NCBI GenBank assembly: GCA_964013405.1
Contig: CAXGWI010000053.1
Coordinates: forward strand, 1 to 21,040
Direction: 5' to 3'
Source: an uncultured Myxococcales bacterium
GTDB taxonomy: Bacteria; Myxococcota; UBA4151
Length of the DNA: 21,040 nt
Every line of letters starts with the position of its first letter. Position 1 is the first letter of the stretch. The notes beneath the pieces were generated by a model. The model was not told the origin of the DNA and did not search any database. It saw nothing but the letters and a program-made list of their open reading frames with translations. The position numbers were made by a program, and so were the translations under genes. This document shows, piece by piece, positions 15,558 to 21,040 of the stretch.

Positions 15558-17873
15558 CTACCACATCCCGGTCCCTTGACCTTCCGGATCCAAGTAAGGG
15601 GCGATGACCTTCGCCCGAGTGGCATGCCGCAATTTGCGCAGTGCCTTCGCCTCGATCTGCCGGATTCGTTCTCGGGTCACATGGAAGTCCTGACCGACCT
15701 CTTCCAGCGTATGGTCTGATTTTTCGCCGATCCCGAAGCGCATACGCAGCACCTTTTCTTCCCGAGGCGTCAGCGTCGCAAGGACTCGACGCACAGAAGC
15801 TGCGAGATCATGACTCATGGCTGCAGCATCCGGATGGATGGCATTACGGTCTTCGATGAAGTCACCCAAGTGGCTGTCTTCTTCTTCACCGATCGGGGTT
15901 TCCAGCGAGATGGGTTCCTTGGTGATCTTAAGCACCTTCAACACTCGATCCACCGGGAGTTCCATCTTCTCGGCGATCTCCTCAGGGGTCGGCTCACGCC
16001 CGAGTTCTTGAAAGAGGGTGCGGCGGACCCGGGCCAGCTTGTTGATCGTCTCGATCATGTGGACCGGGACACGAATCGTGCGGGCTTGGTCGGCAATCGC
16101 TCGGGTAATGGCCTGGCGAATCCACCACGTCGCATAGGTGCTGAACTTGAAGCCCCGACGATACTCGAACTTGTCGACGCCCTTCATCAGGCCAATGTTG
16201 CCTTCCTGAATCAGGTCGAGGAACTGCAGTCCCCGATTCATGTACTTTTTGGCAATACTCACCACCAGGCGCAGGTTGGCTTCGATCAGGCGGGTCTTCG
16301 CTCGACGAACTTCGTCTTCGGCAAAGACAATACGATCGTAGAGATCGGCGACCTCATCAAAGGAGATTCGATTCTGCCGCTCCAGGCGCTCCAAGCGCTT
16401 CATGGCAATCTGCTGGCGGTTGAGCTGTTCCCGAAGTTCGTGCTGCCGCATGTGGGTTTGATCGGGCAGATGCTTTTCAAGGAGCTTGCGAAAGCTACCG
16501 GCCTGGGCAAACGCGAGACTGGCCAAGGTCTTCATCTTCAGATGAAAACTTCGTGCGTGGGCATCTTCGAGGTCGTCAGTGTAGGTGGCCCCCCGTTCCA
16601 CAAACTCTCGTACGGTGACCGTCAGCGCGTTCAAGGTGTTCTGATTGAGACGGAGTCGCAGGAAAGCTTCAAGCCGGTTTTCCTTAAGCCGGTTCAACTC
16701 CTCTTCCACGCTAGGCCGCTTGTCGGCCCGCACTCGGCTGAGGCGGAGTTGGTTTTCCTCGATCCGCCGCTGCACCACACGGAAGCCCTCAAAGGTGTCT
16801 AGAGAGCGAACGAGGCGCTCCTCATCGGGCATCCCCTGCTCGGTCTCGTCGGCATCCTTGATCAGATCTCGTAGACGAAGGTCGGCGTTGGCTAACTGCT
16901 CAAATCGTTCCCGCAGTGCGGTTGTGGCCAACCGGCAATCCAAGAGGACTCGGTAGACATTGTGCTCGGCTTCTTCGATCTGACGAGAGATCTCAACTTC
17001 ACCTTCCCGGTCAAGGAGAGGCACAGCCCCCATCCGACGCAGGTAGGCTCGCACGGGATCCTGGCTTGAACCTTCCCGGCGGACACTCTTTCGAGCGGTC
17101 GCTTTCTTGGCCGCCGGGCGAGCCGGCGCCTCCTTGGGGGTTTCCGTGCTCAGTTCGGCGAGCACCTCTAAGGCTGCTTCGTCACCGCTGCTGCCATCAT
17201 CATCGACTTCGGTTGCAGCCTCCATGAGGTCTTTCGCCGAAGGTTGAGCCTCGGCCTTCTTAGCGGCTTCAGCCTCGAGCGCTGCCTCTTCGGTCGCCTC
17301 GGCGTCGACCTCCTCGATGCCCTCCTGCCCTTCGCTTTCGGGCTCAGCGGCCTTCTTGGCAGCCTTCTTCTTCTTCGCAGCCGGCTTCTTGGCTGCCGCC
17401 TTCTTCTTGCCGCCGGTTGCCCGACTCGGTGCGGCAGCGCTCGCTGGCTCGGCAGCCGCAGTCGAAGCAGCAGCCTCAGTCGTAGCAGCAGCAGGACTCG
17501 AGGCTGCGGCCTTTTTCTTACGGGTCGACTTCTTCTTGCGGCCGGTCGCCCGACTCGGCGCAGCAGCACTCGCCGCCTCGGCAGCCGTCGCCGAGGCAGT
17601 AGCCTCCGCTGAAGCAGCAGGACTCGAGGCTGCAGCCTTTTTCTTCCGAGTCGACTTCTTCTTACCGCCGGTCGCCCGACTCGGTGCAGCACTCGCCGCC
17701 TCGGCAGCCGTCGTCGAAGCAGCAGCCTCAGTCGAAGCAGCAGCCTCAGTCGAAGCAGCAGCCTCAGTCGAGGCAGCGGCTTTTTTCTTCCTCGCGGCGG
17801 GCTTCCGCTTTGCCTTTGCCGCTGTTGTCTTCTTTTTCGCAGCCTGCTCAGCCGCCGTGCTTTTCTTAGCCAA
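15558..17873 (-). CDS. rpoD: RNA polymerase primary-type sigma-70 factor with a long low-complexity N-terminal extension
   Basis: Region 1.2 DPVRAYL, NCR, region 2 [13 protein letters not shown]...[10 protein letters not shown]...[25 protein letters not shown], region 3 and region 4 [29 protein letters not shown]. Probable start TTG 17873 (MAKKSTAA) with AGGAAGG SD; the ORF track extends to 17909. Confidence 0.95.
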   Translation of the reverse strand: MAKKSTAAEQAAKKKTTAAKAKRKPAARKKKAAASTEAAASTEAAASTEAAASTTAAEAASAAPSRATGGKKKSTRKKKAAASSPAASAEATASATAAEAASAAAPSRATGRKKKSTRKKKAAASSPAAATTEAAASTAAAEPASAAAPSRATGGKKKAAAKKPAAKKKKAAKKAAEPESEGQEGIEEVDAEATEEAALEAEAAKKAEAQPSAKDLMEAATEVDDDGSSGDEAALEVLAELSTETPKEAPARPAAKKATARKSVRREGSSQDPVRAYLRRMGAVPLLDREGEVEISRQIEEAEHNVYRVLLDCRLATTALRERFEQLANADLRLRDLIKDADETEQGMPDEERLVRSLDTFEGFRVVQRRIEENQLRLSRVRADKRPSVEEELNRLKENRLEAFLRLRLNQNTLNALTVTVREFVERGATYTDDLEDAHARSFHLKMKTLASLAFAQAGSFRKLLEKHLPDQTHMRQHELREQLNRQQIAMKRLERLERQNRISFDEVADLYDRIVFAEDEVRRAKTRLIEANLRLVVSIAKKYMNRGLQFLDLIQEGNIGLMKGVDKFEYRRGFKFSTYATWWIRQAITRAIADQARTIRVPVHMIETINKLARVRRTLFQELGREPTPEEIAEKMELPVDRVLKVLKITKEPISLETPIGEEEDSHLGDFIEDRNAIHPDAAAMSHDLAASVRRVLATLTPREEKVLRMRFGIGEKSDHTLEEVGQDFHVTRERIRQIEAKALRKLRHATRAKVIAPYLDPEGQGTGMW
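17401..17780 (-). repeat. About three imperfect 126-129-bp tandem repeats inside rpoD
   Basis: CCGGT(C/T)GCCCGACTCGG recurs at 17413, 17542 and 17668. The unit encodes approximately EAASAA(A)PSRATG(G/R)[17 protein letters not shown]. Confidence 0.9.
17713..17766. repeat. Three exact 18-bp tandem repeats (GTCGAAGCAGCAGCCTCA) encoding (STEAAA)n in RpoD
   Basis: Exact copies at 17713, 17731 and 17749, a degenerate copy at 17767 and another exact copy at 17461. Confidence 0.95.
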
Positions 17874-18004
17874 ACCCAAGGCCTTCCTGCTCGCGCAACG
17901 CCAATCCAATGCGGAACGGCTTCAAAAACATCCGTTCCGGGAACCGTGTTTTGCCAGGCCAGCGGCGGGGTGCAAGGATATGTCCCGTAGCAGGGCGGCG
18001 GCGG

Positions 18005-18033
18005 CTTATACAGATGAACATAATCGGGTACAA
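18005..18033 (-). promoter_or_regulatory. Putative sigma-70 promoter for rpoD
   Basis: Minus strand TTGTAC (18033-18028), 17-nt spacer, TATAAG (18010-18005), in a locally AT-rich patch ~130 nt upstream of the rpoD start. Confidence 0.5.
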
Positions 18034-19324
18034 ACCCTTTCAAACACTGAAAAACTGGTCCTATGTTACCGGCTGGACCCTGGAGCTGTACCATCGTGTT
18101 CGACACGAGGGCGAAGTCGCAGACCGATGCCTTGCCTCCTTTCTTCGGCGCAATCGGCAAATCGGTTCGCGAAACAGGCGCGCTTTGGGCGATTTACTCT
18201 TCAATACCCTACGCTGGGACCTGGCTGCAGAGGCCTATGCCGACCTGGTTTTGCCAACGGAAACGTGCACGGACGCATTCCGTATCGCCGCTGGCCTGAT
18301 CCTGGCAGGCCCGTCGGAAGCTCCAAATCCCGACGTCCTGGCCCAGCACCTGGAGCTTTCGGATGCGGCCCAGCAAGCCTTGTCCTCCCTGCCCTTGCAT
18401 CGCGCTCAAGCCGAGGAACCGATCTGGACCACTGGACTCAGCCCCTACCTTTCCCACGAGTTGACCAAGATTCTTGGCGAGGACAGCTTCCATCGCTTGG
18501 CCCAGGCCTTGATGGGAACCGGGCCGGTCTGGCTACGAGCACGAGTTCCTTCGCAAACCCACCAGCTCATGAGGTCCTTAGGCCGCAGCGGTCTCTCCTG
18601 CGAGCCCTCGCCAACGCTTCCTGGGGCACTGCGACTCGAGAAGCGAGGCCCCCTGCAAAATAGCCAAGCCTATCGAGAAGGTCACTTCTGGGTACAGGAT
18701 CTGGGCAGCCAACTCATCGGGCGGCTGGTGGCCCCGGAGCCCCACCACCGGGTGCTCGATGCGTGTGCCGGTGCGGGCGGGAAAAGTCTCTGCCTGCTCA
18801 GCGACCACCCAGACTTGGATCTCACGGCCTGGGACGTGGATGAGAGAAGGCTTCAACGGCTCCATACTCGGCTCAAGCGCAGTCGCCTGGGGCCTATCTC
18901 AAGCCAAGTCATCGAGCCGGAGGGTCCCCTCCCCGAGAGCGTTGGTTCCTTCGACCGAGTCCTCATCGATGCTCCATGCTCCGGCTCCGGCACGCTTGCT
19001 GGTCACCCCGAAGGGCGCCGGCGCATCACCGCAGAGCAAGTGGGCGGCTACGCAAGGCGCCAGCGGGAAATCCTGCGCCGCTTCGCTGATCTGGTGAGGC
19101 CTGGCGGCCGGTTGATCTATGCCACTTGCTCGATGCTCAGCGCTGAAAACGAGGAGCAAGTGTCCTCGTTTCTCGAAGAAGATAAACGCTTCCAACGCCT
19201 CGATAGTCGCGACGTGCTGGGTGAGGAAATCGCAACCACGATGCAACAAGGGGTCTACCTTCAGCTTTGGCCTCACCTCCACGACAGCGATGGATTTTTT
19301 GCCGCCGTACTCGAGCGGTCCTGA
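18014..19324 (+). CDS. RsmB/NOP (Sun/Fmu) family RNA m5C methyltransferase
   Basis: VQDLGSQ, VLDACAGAGGKS, DRVLIDAPCSGSG, YATCS...ENEEQV and DGFFAAVL motifs. Start uncertain: ATG 18014 chosen, without a clear SD. Confidence 0.9.
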   Translation: MNIIGYKPFQTLKNWSYVTGWTLELYHRVRHEGEVADRCLASFLRRNRQIGSRNRRALGDLLFNTLRWDLAAEAYADLVLPTETCTDAFRIAAGLILAGPSEAPNPDVLAQHLELSDAAQQALSSLPLHRAQAEEPIWTTGLSPYLSHELTKILGEDSFHRLAQALMGTGPVWLRARVPSQTHQLMRSLGRSGLSCEPSPTLPGALRLEKRGPLQNSQAYREGHFWVQDLGSQLIGRLVAPEPHHRVLDACAGAGGKSLCLLSDHPDLDLTAWDVDERRLQRLHTRLKRSRLGPISSQVIEPEGPLPESVGSFDRVLIDAPCSGSGTLAGHPEGRRRITAEQVGGYARRQREILRRFADLVRPGGRLIYATCSMLSAENEEQVSSFLEEDKRFQRLDSRDVLGEEIATTMQQGVYLQLWPHLHDSDGFFAAVLERS

Positions 19325-19397
19325 ACCGCCAGCGGCGACCTTGTCTCGCCGACGACAAACTGGCAGCTTCACTTGCCGTTGAAGGGGATAGAAACTC

Positions 19398-20396
19398 GTG
19401 TTCATGGCCTCCCTGCTCCCCTTGATACTCATGAGCTCCAATGCGGGTGCGGAGTGTCCGGGAAATGCGCGCCTCAGTGGCACCCTGGAGACGGAAAGAG
19501 GCAAGATCCGCTTCCGCACGGAGCCGGTTCATTTCACGGCCGGTCATTGCATCGACGTCGACCGGGAAGATCAGGGGGGCTGTGTTTCCTATTACCGGGT
19601 TTCGACCGCCAAAAAACGGGGCTGTCTTTTGACGATGGTCCTGTACCGGGACCCCATCGAAGATGTCTTCAAAGTGCGGTCGCTCTCCTTCTCCACGGAC
19701 AGCTATTGCCCCGGTTGGTTCGATGATGCCGAGCAAATGTACATGGTCACCAGCCCAAGCCTCGATGTGAAGGCGACCAGAAATGTTCGCCGGGGCCAGG
19801 AGATTCTCGATGTCGCCTGCTTCAACGCCCGCGTGTCCCTAGGAGGTACGGCGAGCTTCCGCTCCTCACAACGACGACTCAACGGCGAACTCAAAGGCTT
19901 TGTCGTGTCGGGTATCGCCAGGTCTGAGGGCAAGGTGAATCGTCGTTGTGTCAGGAAGCCAGAAAAACAGAAGGTCGCCAAACCTCGCCCTGCTCGTAGC
20001 CCGCAAAAAGGAAAGACGGTCGCTCAAGGCCGCAAGAACCCAGCTCCGAGCCCGAAACCCGTCGTCGAAGTGAAAAGGAGTACGATTCGCATCGATCTCG
20101 GCGCCGGCCTCTCCGACGGTGACACGGCCCCCTGGCTCCAATTGAGCTATGGAAAAATGGTCACTCCCGTCGCCCAAATCCTGCCCACGCCCGGCCTCGG
20201 GGTTGGCATCGCCATCAGCAACTCCACCTTCGAACTGCACCCCCGGATTCTCGTCGTATCGAAGGCTGACCAAACGGGCGGTGTTTCTCTCGGTGCAACG
20301 GCCCGCGGCTTCTTCACCGAGCATATTGGCCTCCATGCTGCGTTCAACATCGGATGGCAGGAAGCCCTTGCCGCTGGCTTCAGCCTTCGTTTCTAG
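19398..20396 (+). CDS. Hypothetical exported protein with a Cys-containing N-domain, Lys/Pro linker and C-terminal beta-barrel-like domain
   Basis: Signal peptide, linker KPEKQKVAKPRPARSPQKGK and amphipathic strands ending AGFSLRF with terminal Phe. Confidence 0.65.
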   Translation: MFMASLLPLILMSSNAGAECPGNARLSGTLETERGKIRFRTEPVHFTAGHCIDVDREDQGGCVSYYRVSTAKKRGCLLTMVLYRDPIEDVFKVRSLSFSTDSYCPGWFDDAEQMYMVTSPSLDVKATRNVRRGQEILDVACFNARVSLGGTASFRSSQRRLNGELKGFVVSGIARSEGKVNRRCVRKPEKQKVAKPRPARSPQKGKTVAQGRKNPAPSPKPVVEVKRSTIRIDLGAGLSDGDTAPWLQLSYGKMVTPVAQILPTPGLGVGIAISNSTFELHPRILVVSKADQTGGVSLGATARGFFTEHIGLHAAFNIGWQEALAAGFSLRF

Positions 20397-20453
20397 ATTT
20401 GAGCCCCATCAACTCATTTGGTGAGCGTTACTCGCCAGCCTAGCAGCCCAGGC

Positions 20454-20948
20454 TCAAATTTGAGGCGAAAGATGGGCGTCCAAATGCCACTGGCTGCTCG
20501 TCATCGCATCCTGCCAGGTCTCGGCCTCTGAACTCAGAACCAAGCACTCCCCCGTCTTCAGCCCCCGAAAGCCACCGGTAAAGGCTTGGGCGGCAAGGGA
20601 CCAGGTGGGGTTATGCCCGATCGCGATGAGGCTCGTATGGGCGCTATCGATGCCGGCCAAATGGTGTACGAGAGAATCGATGCCCTCGTAGTAGAAACTG
20701 GCCTGTTGATCCCGAGAAGTCGGTCCCTCGGGACCCAGCCGCCCCTGAACCTGGTCCCCCGTCTCCCGAGCCCGTCTCGCCGTTGAGGTCACCATCAAGC
20801 CAAGGTTCAAGGACATCAACTTGAGTTGATCTGCGGTGGCATCGGCCTGATGTCGACCACGCTCGGTCAGGGGGCGCTCATGATCAACGCCCCCCGCAAT
20901 GTTTGCAGCTTCACCATGGCGCATCAGAACGAGTTTCAACACGATCAA
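20454..20948 (-). CDS. sixA: SixA-like phosphohistidine phosphatase (histidine phosphatase superfamily)
   Basis: LVLMRHGEA, DHERPLTERG, TSTARRARET and IGHNP motifs. GAGG SD before TTG 20948. Confidence 0.88.
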   Translation of the reverse strand: MIVLKLVLMRHGEAANIAGGVDHERPLTERGRHQADATADQLKLMSLNLGLMVTSTARRARETGDQVQGRLGPEGPTSRDQQASFYYEGIDSLVHHLAGIDSAHTSLIAIGHNPTWSLAAQAFTGGFRGLKTGECLVLSSEAETWQDAMTSSQWHLDAHLSPQI

Positions 20949-20999
20949 TCGACCTCAGGGGGCTACGCTAAAGAGAAGTGACCTGACAAACAAGGGTCG

Positions 21000-21034
21000 A
21001 AAAAAGAAGAAAGCCGACCCTGATGGATCGGCTT
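21000..21034 (-). terminator. Rho-independent terminator of a minus-strand gene beyond the right edge
   Basis: Minus strand AAGCCGATCC-ATCA-GGGTCGGCTT (10-bp stem) followed by TCTTCTTTTTT. Confidence 0.8.
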
Positions 21035-21040
21035 CCTCCT

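Noticed and set aside
15810..16802. Long antisense ORFs (also 11465..12328, 3878..4606 and similar)
   Set aside because: Typical high-GC shadows of well-supported genes on the opposite strand.
17401..17780. Repeats as a possible CRISPR array
   Set aside because: In-frame coding repeats with no unique spacers and no cas genes.
17317..18663. 448-aa plus-strand Ala/Phe-rich ORF, and the 330-aa Arg-rich ORF 17168..18160
   Set aside because: Alternative frames of the low-complexity rpoD repeats, which lack stop codons; no independent motifs.
19325..19397. Alternative short hairpins between the rsmB-like gene and the next gene as a riboswitch
   Set aside because: Only 5-6-bp GC stems and no recognisable riboswitch consensus.

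Overview
A compact, GC-rich, gene-dense bacterial chromosome segment, most likely from an uncultured Myxococcota-like or deltaproteobacterial organism. The lineage is inferred from a MYXO-CTERM-type surface protein, several Cys-rich lipoproteins, a CglC-like lipoprotein and a CdbA/CdbB-like ribbon-helix-helix protein. It has about 24 CDSs and one tRNA(CAT). Genes in order: a partial EEP nuclease/phosphatase lipoprotein (missing from the ORF track), a large surface protein, pyroglutamyl peptidase, a VOC protein, a lipoprotein coupled to a DAACS symporter, a metallophosphoesterase, a small membrane protein, an M18 aminopeptidase, a hypothetical lipoprotein, the RHH protein, the CglC-like protein, DUF192, a Cys-rich lipoprotein, ispH, tRNA-Met, a stand-alone CinA-N, a HIT hydrolase, three exported or membrane proteins, rpoD, an rsmB-like methyltransferase, a putative OM barrel protein and sixA. 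I found no mobile elements, CRISPR arrays or defence genes. The most unusual item is a primary-type sigma-70 that is not behind dnaG and has no recognisable region 1.1. In its place is a ~270-aa extension with a histone-H1-like Lys/Ala/Ser part built from nested tandem DNA repeats, followed by an acidic block. All family calls come from motif recognition, not database searches.
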